Shown: piece by piece, positions 1-13,180 of the stretch
Layout of the letters: each line of letters begins with the position of its first letter
Position numbering within the stretch: position 1 is the first letter of the stretch
Assembly: GCA_973851085.1 (NCBI GenBank)
Contig: OZ316776.1
Coordinates: 15,562,001 to 15,626,000 of the forward strand
Source of the DNA: Ptychomitrium polyphyllum
Lineage: Eukaryota
Reading direction: 5' to 3'
DNA: 64,000 nt
Translations under genes and position numbers: made by a program
Notes under the pieces: model-generated
Told to the model about the DNA's origin: nothing
The model's database searches: none
What the model saw: the letters and a program-made list of their open reading frames with translations, nothing else

Positions 1-2
1 TG

Positions 3-809
3 GAGAATATCAGTGAACGCACTCCTGAAGGGTTGATTGTTGCAGTCCACGACAGCATTCCAGAATGTGTTGCAGTAAACAGCAAGTTGACTCCAGTACA
101 GACAGTTGAACCTTTGAACCTAGATGAAGATAGCTGGGTAGAATCAATAGAGTACAAGAATAGTTGGGAACAGGACTTTAAAGGTTACGCAATTATATGT
201 GCAGAGCCCGGAAGTCCTGATAAAATTCCGGTTTCAAGTTCTGCTCATGATCCAGTTGGAGATGGTCTTTATGATCTCATTCAGTTTGAGGATGACATTA
301 AAAGCGAAATCCTTGTAGGCACTGACCAGCTCGAGGAGGGTGGTACTCAACTTTCTTCTGATTTTCAGGGGCAAACAGACGCTTCAGCTCTAGAGAATGA
401 TCAAATAATGGCAGAACCCAGCAATTCTGGTGAAATTCCAGGTGTAAGTCCCACCCATGATTCAGTTGCCTTTAGTGTCGTTGATAATCTCGAGCTGCTT
501 AAGGACGAAGTTGGATTGAGAAATCCTATTGGTATCTCTCCCAGCTCAGATAATGACCTTATAGATATGGATCATGTTGATGATCTGGACAGAGCGGATA
601 CTTCTGAAAGGCACATTGATGATATGAGTGATAATGATCAATCTTCCACAGCCCAGAGTGATGGGCAAAATCTTCAAACAGCTCAAGATGACCTAAACAA
701 TTCGACTTATCAGCTTTCATCTCGTCGAACAAATCAGCAGCTTTCACCTGGTCGAACCATTATAGCAGGCTTTGAGCTGAAACCTCAGGAGTTAAATGGT
801 GTTGACTGA
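3..809 (+). CDS. 3' part of a long acidic, low-complexity coding exon of an unidentified gene (runs off the left edge)
   Basis: The frame is open from base 3 to TGA at 807-809 and is rich in D/E/S. No domain recognised. A GT donor (CAG|GTAATC) lies 5 nt after the stop. Confidence 0.55.
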   Translation, partial: ENISERTPEGLIVAVHDSIPECVAVNSKLTPVQTVEPLNLDEDSWVESIEYKNSWEQDFKGYAIICAEPGSPDKIPVSSSAHDPVGDGLYDLIQFEDDIKSEILVGTDQLEEGGTQLSSDFQGQTDASALENDQIMAEPSNSGEIPGVSPTHDSVAFSVVDNLELLKDEVGLRNPIGISPSSDNDLIDMDHVDDLDRADTSERHIDDMSDNDQSSTAQSDGQNLQTAQDDLNNSTYQLSSRRTNQQLSPGRTIIAGFELKPQELNGVD

Positions 810-1923
810 CTCAGGTAATCCATCCTCGCATGTACAGGTTTTTTGACGTCCGTATTAATTTACTTTGTCTGGATTTTTCCTATTTTCTGGAATTAGAGTG
901 TTCAGCTTTTCTCAGTTTGGTATTAACATCACTTCTGATTCCGATGGGTCGTTACGTTTTCAAGCAGGGTTGTCACAGTATTAGGCATTATTAAAGTGTC
1001 AACCTCAGCGTTAAGTACAGAATGGAGATATCTCTAATGGGGTAAAGATATCTTCGTTTCAGAAGTAAGTAGAACCTCTTGATTCTGAGTTCTTTTAGTG
1101 TATGTAGTATTACAGTTTACGTAACTCAATCGTCCTGTATTATAAAAAAGCTCTAAAGAATTGTGACCATTGAGTTTAGTAGTCTTCAGTTTCTCCCACC
1201 AAAAGTCTTATGACGAACTATACTGCATTATCAGCTCTTGAATAAAATCTTGATATTCTGAAATTTAAACATAAAATATATACACCTTTTTCGGTTCTAT
1301 GTGGTAATTTTGACCAAAGTTTTTGATTGTGATGATCTCTAGTACCATGTGCTGACAAGTTGAGGCTTCCTCATCTATATATTGCTGTTGATGATGAGCA
1401 TCTCAAGTGCTGGGTGCTTTCATACATGAACCTGAGGCCGGCTTTCTACATATGCAAATGTGAAATTCTTAAACCAGGGGCCAGGTGTTTAAGGGGAAAT
1501 TAGAGAGTTCTGAAGGTGTCCAGCAATGTTTTTCTTTCCTGTTAATTTGTTACCAGATTGGCTAGTAATTTTTCATTCTTGGAATATATTTGGTTACATA
1601 TTTCCTAATTTTCCATATTTGTGTGACCAAAAATGCTTTTGTTCATTTGAGGTATTTACCAATTCGTAATGAATTTGTATATGTCAATACAAAATTGCAC
1701 ATATGCATGAATAGGAGGCATTAACATTGATGAAAATTTCTTTGCATTGTCACTCTACTTGTTGTTAATGTGGCTATTATTTAGAAAATAAAGAAAGACC
1801 TCAATATACAAAGGACTTATAACTTGCTTGCTTGTAATCTGTGTACTTCAGTGCTTGATATCATCATGGAATAATTGGGAGTAAATAACTTGGAGAGTTT
1901 ATAACCAAGAAAGCCATCTAAAT

Positions 1924-2014
1924 ATATTGTTCAATTTGATATTTCTTGTAGTGTGATTTTTGATAAAGATATTGTTCAATTTGATATTTCTTTTAGTGTG
2001 ATTTTTTTGATAAA
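1924..2014. repeat. Tandem duplication of about 45 bp
   Basis: ATATTGTTCAATTTGATATTTCTT(G/T)TAGTGTGATTTTT(T)GATAAAG occurs twice head-to-tail. Confidence 0.85.
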
Positions 2015-3156
2015 GTTTTTATGGATAGTGCATTATCCATACGATTACCTAAAGTAAACATAAGAAGGATTTTTGAAAAAATACTCTATAGAAACAAAAA
2101 TTAGAAATCATGTCTTGAAATAACCAATGAAAACAGATAATGAATCTCCCTAAAATCTCAACATCCACATTTGAATCTATATTTTAATAAATTATAATTA
2201 CTTAAAATATAAATTGAAACATGAAAAAAAAACTGTAGAAGTAATTCCCTAGTATTTTTATTTGAATAATCAAATTTATTTGTAAAGTTTCTATTTGCTA
2301 AAAGAATTTTGCACAAAAAAATTGTAGCTTGTAAAAATTATATGATTTTGTACAATTTTGTCAAAATTTTGTTGCTATCATCTAATAAAGGAATTCTTAA
2401 GCACCTTCATTCTCAACCACACTTGTGATCATTTTGAAAGTATTTATTATCCAATCAAATTTTGTGTAAAATTGTAAAACAAACAATAGAATTTTTTTGA
2501 ATTCCATACAAGCATGTTTATAAAATATAGAATGTTTTCAACAAATTTGTTTGCAAAATTCGTTCATATTCCTATTAGATTTTTAAAATCCTAATAGTTA
2601 TAATAATTGTTCTACATGATTTTTTTTTAAATTTTTAAATTTCATATCTTTCTTTACAGATTATAATGTATTTTTATACTTTAGATTCTTTGCAAAGTTT
2701 GTATTATGAAACAAAATATAAAAGATGGGTTTTTGTAAAATTTTGCTAGCATTAGTTTTAAAGTTTTATAGCTACCACCACGTTACTATTCATGTAAGAA
2801 TGAAGAAATGGAGGTAATTTTTGGTAAATGAATGACAGTTTTCACAAATATCAGTATTAGTAGAAGATAAAGCACATCAATTATCATATGTTTAGCCAGT
2901 AGTGCAAATTACATGAAGAAAAAAGAAGAACGTACTTTAAAACTCTCACCAAGTTGTAGACATAGCAGCGATTATGTATTGGCAAAGTATAGTTTCGAAT
3001 TTTTTAGCAATCTGTAGATATCATATCACTGATTACATATGTATTTGTACAGTATTGTGATCTTAAAACAAATTGCATATCCACTATGTAATTGCAATAA
3101 TCAATGACAACAGTGTTGCGTACATGTTTTGATAATAATATTAAAAGTTTCAAAAG

Positions 3157-3732
3157 GCCTGGATGTTGGTATATGGCCATTTGGCCATTTGGCCTGAAGG
3201 GAACTAAGAAGTTGCAGGTAGCCATCTAATCTTTGCAATTTGTATTGCCGGGCTCCCTTCAAAGTAATTTGGCTTGCGTCGCACTACTAAGATCTGGATT
3301 TAAGCGTTGGTCTCAATGTGGTCTAGCCGCAGATGTAGTTGCAGTTTCTGTAGTAGGACTTACCACTCTTGATACTTATGTTACGCAGGTGAATGAAGCT
3401 TTCTGTGGATCAGATTATGGGAGATACGATGTTGACAAGCCGTCTGAGAAGCTGAAGGCTGTCACGCGGTGCAGGAAGCTCTTTAAGAAAGTACTGCACC
3501 AACTGGTTGAGAGGTTAGATATCCCGAATGAGGTGAAGAAATCGTTGATGGAATTACCCCACACAGTTCTACAGGTGCTGCCGACACCTTGGCAAGGATC
3601 GTTTGATATTCTCTTTGTAAGCCGGCAGTGAGTAATGACATTGTATGCTTGGGGCACACCTTGCACCTGCACAGGGAGAGGCCTCAGATTTTCTTTGAGC
3701 AGTTTTGGAAGGCCATCAAAGGCGTGTGCTAG
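3157..3732 (+). pseudogene. Terminal exons of an unidentified protein gene, probably disrupted
   Basis: Three exon-like blocks joined by GT-AG introns (~3157-3217, ~3389-3628, ~3675-3732) splice to ..LDVGIWPFGLKGTKKLQ|VNEAFCGSDYGRYDVDKP..VSRQ|ERPQIFFEQFWKAIKGVC*. The first block is frameshifted by an 8-bp duplication (GGCCATTT x2). Confidence 0.45.
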
Positions 3733-6392
3733 TGTAACATGGATTGCTACGCCACCAGTATGCTTAATGTGGTACTTGACTGAGAGTGGAGTTGAGATAA
3801 TGCAGTTAGCTTACAGAACTGGTGGCAGTGGCGAAGCTCCTGAACAGAAGCGTTCTTTTTCTTTCCAGCTTATAGCACCCATTCAGCATTGTTGTTTGAA
3901 GGCAGCCAAAGCTTTCCAGATTAAGCATTTTGAACCCTTTACCACATTCTTAGAATTTGGCATTGTGGGAAGATGTGTTATAAAATCCAACCTGAGAGCC
4001 TAATTTGGTGGACGTGCTCAAATTTTTATTGTAGATTCTAATTTATAAATCATATCCATATGATTGGATCTACCTTTATTATCACCAGTAATTTAAAATA
4101 TTTTTGGAAACTTATGATTCAGAGTTCCTTTGAACTCCTTGTTGGAAAAGATATTGACAAACTTTGGCTAAATGTGGACTTCAATGTGAAAGTTTCAAAA
4201 TTAGGCACCTTTGAAGCATTAGGCATTACTAACATTAGGCATTTCATTTTCAAGTGATGAAATTTATATTAGTGAAGTGATAGTTTTTGGTGGAACATAC
4301 TTCCAACTTCTTCCTTCTAAAATGTTACAACAAAACTGTTGTTAAATCCAAATTGTTCAAGTGTTGGTAAGCTAGTCCAAACATCAAGGAAGAATGTGAT
4401 AAATCCAAAAAGAACCAATGGTGACAAAAGAACTAATTTAAATCTTCTAGCCATTCAAATTTTAGTTGCATTTACAGTAAGTAAGAATATATATATATAT
4501 ATATTTATAATTTTATTTTTTCAAATTCATTGTTTTATTTGGCCAAGAAAGAACACAACCAAGAGTCTTAAGCATGAATTTGTGTAAGTTGGGCAATTCA
4601 TGATGATTGTAAAATTTGATCAACATTCCCTTCGTTTTATTTCTCTTCGTTTTATTTCTCAAATCGAAAAATGTTGGTAGAATTTTGTACAAAATAACAG
4701 CCCTACACCTACTTAGTTAATCTTAATGTCCATAGCAAAAAAATACTCAGATGATGACATGAAAGGTCACTGTAAACGTTTAAGGATTAAGCAATTTGCC
4801 CCCTTGAGTTAATGTTGAAGACTCGAATTTTTCATGGACAGCCAATAAACATCGAAACCAAACGTATGTGGATTCATAATTTTAGTCACACTATTATGGA
4901 CTGATATTGCATTCCCTAGTTTACAAGCAACTTGAATTTGGCCAGTGTAGAGCTGCTGAGTATCTTTACAGAAGGGCTATGACATATCTGCATGTTCAAC
5001 AATGAACTCCCACAAGCAACCCCTGTCCTCTGGGCCCATACAGTGGTGGAGAAGCACATGTGTACCCTTAGAACTTGATAAGTCCTAACATGGAATTTAT
5101 AAGTTCATGGGATTTGCACAAGCGTAGAATTGTAGACAAAATACTCACCTTTCAATATAGAATGCAGATGAGAAAGATCCGAATATGCACTCAAAGGGTG
5201 CAAGAGCAAGAGAAAGTACTTGTAGTCAACAGTAGTTGTAAGTCTTTTTGGTACATTGGAAGTGGTACATTAGTGCATGTAAGTAATTAACATGTCTCAT
5301 ACCATTTACCTGTGTGACTTGTGACATATACAGAGGATGAATACTAGTGTTACAAGATAACATAAAAATTAGACTATGTCTTTGCAAATCCATATTTAGT
5401 GTCCCTCTTCCACAGCCGCCACCGCCGAGTAACATTATCGTGGATTAAACCATGTAAGTGACCAACCACGTCGGTCGACGCTACCGGTCCAAACTGGCGG
5501 CCCAATGGGACAACTCCAGTCTAGGATGAGAACATGCTCAAAAGTAGCCGAGATGTAGCTAGTGGGTTTTGGAATACAGTGACGTCTTTGGAGATGCCTC
5601 TCCTTCGTCGTCTGGACAAGGATGGCCGCTCTTTTACTCGAGAAACTTCACATGCAAACAATCCGTGGCTGTTCGAATGGTCATGGCTTGTACTGCACGC
5701 TTACTCCACGGTTTGGATCAGATTATGGAACAGTTGGGTGCTACGTTAACGACATCACTGGTTGCCATCAGCAGCACCAGTAGTCGGTGGACTCTTAGCA
5801 TTCCTTTGAGCAGCTGCGGCGACTCATCGGAGGTTGCTAGCTGGAGTGGTTGTATACTGGCAGATCAGATGGGTATTCTGCTAAGCAAATGTATGTGCTG
5901 CAGTGTTGGTTTGTACTTATGCCAAGGTTTAAGCGGTGATGAGCTTTTTTGGAGGAAGATATGGAGTTGAGGTTTGAGCTTGTTGTTTGATGGTTGTTAA
6001 GTTGGAACTGAATCTGATAAATTTCGTTCTGGTGAATTGCAACAGTAAGATCAATTCTTGTTTTTAGTGAGGTTCTTCGTTTGAGAGATCTGATGTTGAA
6101 TCTAGTTTGGTTTTAGAGCGAGCTTGTGGATTTGATACGGAGTGATTGAGTGTGGCGAGTTAGAACATGGTCGAGTGCATTGGCTTTTCAGTTTCTGGAG
6201 AGTTCCTTGCCGATTATCTTTACATATGTGCGAGAACGAAGTGCAAGAATAAGCAATGTCGATTTGAGTGATAAGTGGCGTGGACTAAGGGGGTTGCTCA
6301 ATTACTTTGTCTTACAGAATTTGGAAAGGAGAGCTGGTACGAGTCAAGTAGACTGAAAAACTGAGACGAACTGATTAGCTATCAAGGTCCAG

Positions 6393-9300
6393 ATGGATCA
6401 GAGTGTCGGTTGTCATCCAAAGGGGGATTTTGGGAGGAAGAAATGTGTTCTGAGTTTTGACGGAGGAGGTGTGCGTGGCCTCTTAAGTGCGGTCTTACTT
6501 GACCGCCTTGAAAGCCATCTCCAGGTAATGCTTCTTTTCAGATGTTGATTCTAGAAATTACTGTTCCTCGATTATTGACGACGAGCTTCCTATTAGCTCC
6601 TGTTGATGTAGATTCAGCCTTAAGATACTGGCGCTGGGATTTCAACTGAACAGAATCTAACATGTTTAATTACATATTGTTTGTACCATGGACAAGTGAG
6701 CACTTCTATTCAGCAGATGTCTTAACTTTCAAATCTTTAATTATCAAAGAACTCAAGAAGCTTTGTAGACAATTGAATTTCTTTGTAGACGCCCTTTGAA
6801 GTTATACTGAAGTTTTTGCAGAATGTAACATTTAATCTATTCTTGTGTGCAGAATTTAGAAGGAAAGGACGTTAGGATTGCAGATTACTTCGATGAAATT
6901 GCGGGGACAAGCACGGGTGCATTGATAGCTTGCATTCTTGTCGTACCTGACCCCGTGACCAAACGACCAAAGTATACTGCCAGGGATGCCATTAATTTCT
7001 ACTTGCAGGACGCAGCTAAAGTCTTCCCTCAAAAAAGGTTGTAACGGTTGTCATTATGCTTCTTAGTTATTCACTTCCTCCTAAAGTATTTCGGAGCCAA
7101 TGCATTGCAAGTTATCCGGGGTTTAACTCTTGATACTGTTTAATTAATGTGAAAACTGCTCCTCTAAGTGTCAGAGAAACCGATAAAATGCTACATCATA
7201 ATTGTAACCTAGGTTCTGCAATGCTGTGATCTTGCCAATCGGTCTTTACTTGCATTTCTGCAAGGGTGTAGTAGGGGTGTGATTGAGTTAGATGTTGATT
7301 ACTATAGTGGCACTAGCGGTTCTCCATTCAAGAGATGCTGAGAAAATTGAACGCTATCTTGGGGGAAATATTTTCAATTTCATGGAAAAAATATAAATTT
7401 AAAACTATGAATGCGGTGTATTATTGCATTACTGTTGAGGCATACTGAACAATTGTGATTGGATTTCACGCTTACAAATCTTAATTCTCTACAGGGGGTG
7501 CTTTCGTAGTATTCGAAACTTGATCAAACGCCTCACTGGCCCTTTGTATAGCTCTGCTTCTCTTGACAAGCTGCTGAAGGACGTGTTTGGGAATTTGAAG
7601 CTTACGGAGACCGTCAAGCCTGTCATTGTGCCGGCGTACGACATCAATTATCAGAGTTCGGTCTTGTTCTCGACAACGCAGGTAACCCATTATTTGTCCT
7701 TTTTTGCATCGAATAAGTAAGCACAAGTACTATTTATTATCGTACTCCCATCCTTGTCTAAAGTTCTCCAATTGATGATATCTGGTGCACTAATAGGGAT
7801 TGAAAACGTTAATGTTTGTTCCGGGGAGGAGTTATAGCTCCTATGCGTGGTTGTCATCCTCAGACATTCACCATAAGCATTTGTTGGTTTGTCTCTGCAA
7901 CCAGGCCAAATCAAAGCAAATTCCAGATTGCTTTATTCGTGACGTTTGTCGAGCTAGTACTGCAGCGCCAACGTACTTTGGACCTTATTACTTCCAATCA
8001 ATGTTTGATAACGGAGTAATAAGAGAATTTAACATGGTGGATGGAGGAGTTTCCGCGAACAACCCTGTAGGTTTATTATGTACATATACATCCACTTCAG
8101 ATTTCGATGTTGGTGTAAGTTTTTGGCCATTTCCAAAATGTTATGTACTGAGTCTAATAACTGCGCACTGATCACAGCCTGCTTTATGTGTCAGGCTTTC
8201 ATTGCTGTGAGCGAGCTTCTCAAAGATTATGCGGAAGTCGAAGAAGAAATGGTTCAATTTCTTCACTGTATTTTGTTTGATTTTTGTTTTACCTTATTTT
8301 TGGGTTCGTGTATCATATTGCATTGCAAATAATAATATTCCACATTATAGTCCTGAAGACCCTGAGATCTGAGTGGGCAGTAATTCAGTTTTCATCCACT
8401 TTTCATTCTATTTTATTATCATTGAATCGTCTATGCTGAGATTTTACCGTCTTCCGTGTAACAAATTGAATCAACAAGGTCTGGGTTACATTCTCTGCTT
8501 TGAAGTTGCATTGAAGTGAGGGACGTAAAGGAGTTCACATTATGGTAATACCAGGTGATTATAATAGCTCATCACCTCACAATCGTAGAATGTCTCCAGA
8601 AATATGAAGACCTCTTGGTTCTCTCCCTTGGCACGGGACGATCAACTGTAAGTTACAGTGCGAAGACCACTGCCAGATGGGGGACTCTTTCTTGGATATA
8701 TAAGAAAGGAAACGTGCCAATTCTCGATATTCTCATGTTGGCGTCACAAGATATTGTGGACTATAGCATATCCAGCAGCTTTTATGAGCAACGTAGTATT
8801 GACAATTACCTGCGTATACAGGTCAGTGAATTCTGTCTTCTCTCATGCTGTGGCCGATGGATCTTGGTCTGCTTGAATCAAGGATGGAAAATGGTTTTTT
8901 GTGCCGTACGCTGACCTTCTTGCTGAATTCATACGGCCTCCTGGTTTTAGTGATTGAATTGAGAAAGACGAGATTCGTAAGAGGCTAATATTGTGTTCAT
9001 TGCCCGTTTATTGGCTCGTGTGCCAGCTCAAAGCGCTGTTTGCATGATGATCTGGGCTGCTTGAGAGTTATGGATGTAGAAATCTTTACTTGAGTAATGT
9101 CTGATTAAGCTAAGGAAAAACTTGTGCTGAGTACAAGAATTTTGCTATGCAGACAGAAAAGCTTGAGGATTCACAGATGGAAATAGACAATTCCTCTAAA
9201 TCCAACTTGCTATCACTCATAGCCACTGCGGAGAAGCTTTTGCAATCTAAACCGCAGATGCGTAACAAGATGGGCGAGTTTGTTCCAGATCCTCGATGGG

Positions 9301-9574
9301 CAACCTATGACGCAGCCCTCTCTCGGTACTTTTTTGAACTTTTGTCAAAGATATCTTCTAGTTTCTTCCAGAAGGTCAGCGTACGGCACCAAAAACTTTT
9401 GTTCGCACGTGATTATATTAGTGACGTCTAGAAGATGAATTGGATATCTTTGACCTCAATTTTACATATCAGGCATGACCGCCTAATGAGACGTATTAAC
9501 TATTTCTTGTTTCTCTCAGGTTCGCATCTTGGCTTGTGAAGGAGAGGAAAGCTCGAAGTTTGTCAATCACTTAG
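6393..9574 (+). CDS. Patatin-like phospholipase A / lipid acyl hydrolase, about 8 coding exons
   Basis: Exons ~6393-6524, 6853-7038, 7494-7681, 7905-8066, 8194-8251, 8600-8821, 9152-9325, 9521-9574. Motifs: VLSFDGGGVRG (oxyanion), IAGTSTG (catalytic Ser), STAAPTYF, MVDGGVSANNP (catalytic Asp), LVLSLGTG, NYLRIQ. Confidence 0.93.
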
Positions 9575-12500
9575 TTGGTAATAAAGCCAATATTAATGTG
9601 AAGTAATTATGTAGTCCACTTTCAAAACTGTTAGAATGTATGATTGCCAAGAGAGTGAAACCTAGCTTGCATTTTTTAATTATTAAAAGGTTTTGTAAGC
9701 ACAAAAACAATTATAGCAGCTAACAGGGTTTGCTTCGAGTTTGTACATTGTGAAAGTATGCTGTATTACAGGAATTTTCCTGATTGCAGTGTATGTCCAT
9801 AATTACAATTATTGATTAATATCATAATGGCCAGAGCATGTCTAGTATTACATGTGGTTCTTCTTATGTGTTGATAAATCCATGCCGTTTCATTTATTTA
9901 TATGTATCAACGCTTTCAAACTCTTAGTCCCCAGCTCCTCAATCACCCCTTGAAGCGACCCTATTCGAGTCAAGTAAAGGCAAAATACCAGGGTATCTTC
10001 CAAATTCCCGAAGTAAATGCTATGGATGACTCATATTTACTGTTATGTTACAAGTTGCACCCCATGGGGTGCTACAATCACGTCGACTCATATTGAGCAG
10101 CCTCTAACACGTAAGCACAGTATTAACCAATGAATCAGCACCGACTATGAACCTACAATTGATTCGCCGTCCTTAAGAAAATATACTGCAGCTTCAAGTC
10201 ACCTGCAACGGATGCTACCAGCAGCACTTGTATCTTCATCTCAAGACTGTAGCGCCAGCTATAATTCATCACTTGATCACAGGTTCTGCAATATGGGATT
10301 GTCTTGCGAGATGGATTGTTCTGAGAGACGGGGTTGTCTTTAAAAGTCTCCGAACAGGTTTTCTCCAGGATACTCTTCCTCTGCAATTTCCACCGGTATT
10401 CGACTCGAAGAAACTAAAAAATGAACAGTACTCACAAGATCTAAGTTACACTGAACTTCCAGTTCGATATGAATCCTATTCATGAAATTAACAGTTCAAA
10501 ATTAATCAAAAAGTTTGGACTTAGTAAAAAATTTGTTGATCAACTTTTGTGAATGTGAATTTTGGCTTCATAGATAAGATCATGCCATCTTTACAAAAAT
10601 GCATATTAAAAGAGTATAGTCTACATTGGAATGAGGTGGATTCTCTGTTTGTTTGGTAGTCCAGTTTCTTTTTAGGAGTCTACATAGGACTCAATGACAT
10701 AACAACTTTGTATATATTAACTATCATTTAAAAAAATCTAACTTAAAAAGTGGTTTGAAAATATTCCAATTTAAATTTGCTTTCAACTAAAAACTTAAAT
10801 ATACATAAGTTTGAAAGGTTTGGTTTGTAAACTATTAGAGTTCCAACTTTTCTTAGAAGCTCATATGTAAATGGGAAAAAAATAATTAAAATAATTATAG
10901 CATCAAGGAAAAGTTATTTATACATGACATATGGAAGATACCACATGATGATGAATAAGTTTCTTTACAACACCACCTTCCACCTAATTATTTTAGCTAA
11001 ATGGCTAAAATCTATCACTTAATCATAGGAATGAGGTAAATGGATTGTCTCTATATCAAATTGCACTATCACCTTAATATAATCCTAGCCATGGTAAAAA
11101 GTTTTAGAAAAGACTTTAATCATGCATCAAGCCACAATCTACGCACATAAACTAAAATAAATACACATTCACGCATCCATCAAACAAAAATTTGGCTCTT
11201 TGTGAAAATCAATAGTAGATTAGGTCTTCATTAATCATTTCAAAAATATTTAAATCATCTTCAACAAATAATTGAACTATGCATTAATGTTATCAACACA
11301 CATGTTATGTTAAGAAGTATTTTAAACACACACAAATACATTTAGAAGGCTCAATTTGAGAAAGGTGAACTTTTTAGGAGTTTCAAAAGCTAAATATAAT
11401 TTGGAGCCTCAAATGAAGAGCAATAGAAGCATATGGCTCATTTTAAGTGCCAAAACACAAATTCAATATGCGGAATCATGGTAGACTTGCTAAATCTACC
11501 TTAATGGCCTATTACAAATGTTATAACAATTGTGAAGCCATTACTAGCCTTAGATGTATCAAAGCATTCAATTTAAATTTCTTTGACATATATATTGAAG
11601 CAAATATACAAATGAATTGTTTTATTTCTTCCTCACATCCGTTGTGAATATATAATAAAGTAATTTGGTCATCTTCACTCTTTGAATAAAAATAAAAAAC
11701 ATACATTAGAATATTAAATTAGGCCATTTAGTCCTTAAAAGATTACATGGTTGTAGAAAATTTAGATTAAAACCTATATCTAAAGCCAACTTAATCTAAT
11801 AAGCTACAAAATAGAATGTCTGCATGCAAATAAAAGTAGTTTATTTCTTTATACTAATATAGGAAATCTAATACTAAAGTCTCTTTTCAAAAGTCTTTAT
11901 GTTAAGTTCTATTTCCAAATTAAGTACCCTTGTAAAGAAGTTAATAGCTACTATCTTCCACTCGGCAAATTTTTTTGTACATAACTTTCATATGTCACCA
12001 AAATTATGAATATTTCATATACTTTTCTTTTTATTTCCAAGTTCTTATATGATGAAGGTTGTATAATGAATTTCTTCAAAAAAATCTAAATAATGAATAT
12101 GGAACAAAGTGTAAAATATTACAAGATGATCAAATTGAATCATTCTATTTTTTAAGACATTTTTTTGGGTGCCGCATAGAGATAATTCTTTAAAAGTGGT
12201 TTAGCTTTTAATTAAAAGACTCATTTGTTCACATGCATGAAATAAAATATAATGATGAATTTTTTTATTATATTGTTGGTCCATATTATAGCTATTGTCA
12301 TAATAGATTGCATAACTATACAAATTCCAACCGCCAATTATCATTGCAATGCCAATGTTAAGCATGCTACAAGCTTGTAAATATTTCCTTAATATGAAAT
12401 TTTAAAAATTGGATCTTATAATATACTCACTGTTTTAAGGCTTGTAGATTAGATTTGGCTCTAAATACATGAACTTGTTCTTGTCAAAAGCTTAACTATG

Positions 12501-13180
12501 CACTTATAATATATTTACAAAAAAATATAAGCCATCAAGTTTTAATAATAACTAAGAAGAAGTTAGCCAAAGATAAGTACCAATACAATAGCTTAATAAT
12601 ATTTGAAACATTTACCAACATACTTTAATCTGAACTAGAGCCTTTATCATCTAGACTAGAAAAATTATAATCTCAAACCTCACTATGTACTTAAACCTTA
12701 ACCTTGAATAAATATATCAATTTTAACCTTTTGTTGAAAAATTCTCATACAAATCTTTCAAATATCATATAAAAATCTTATACAATATCCTGCTTTAAAA
12801 TCCTTGCATACAACAACAACAAACAAACAAACCAAAAAAACAAAAAAAAACAAAAAAATAATAATTATTATTATAATTCTCCAGAGAACCATAGTTTTAG
12901 TGGTTTCAACACTCCACAAGATAGCAAGGCAAGAAATACTAAGAGCAGCCTATGGAAGATGGGTGCACAGGGTTACTACATCTGACAGAACCAAAAAGTC
13001 AACACAGCCGCCTTGATCTCTGGTTAGGAAGTGCTTCTTACTTTTATGCGTTCCTACATGTGGTTTGGGAGCGTGTTGCAGGATAAGACAGTTCCTAAGC
13101 TTGTTGAAGAAAAGGCATTGGCAAACCTCTAGTAGCCCTTGCTGCCTTCTCCGGCACCCATCCCTCCATGTCTCTCACAC

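Noticed and set aside
4960..5970. ORFs and exon-like fragments upstream of the patatin gene
   Set aside because: No recognisable protein. More simply promoter and 5' UTR sequence (an apparent UTR intron at ~6046-6317).
9900..10485. Short ORFs after the patatin gene
   Set aside because: No recognisable motif and stops in the plausible frames. A decayed fragment is possible but unsupported.
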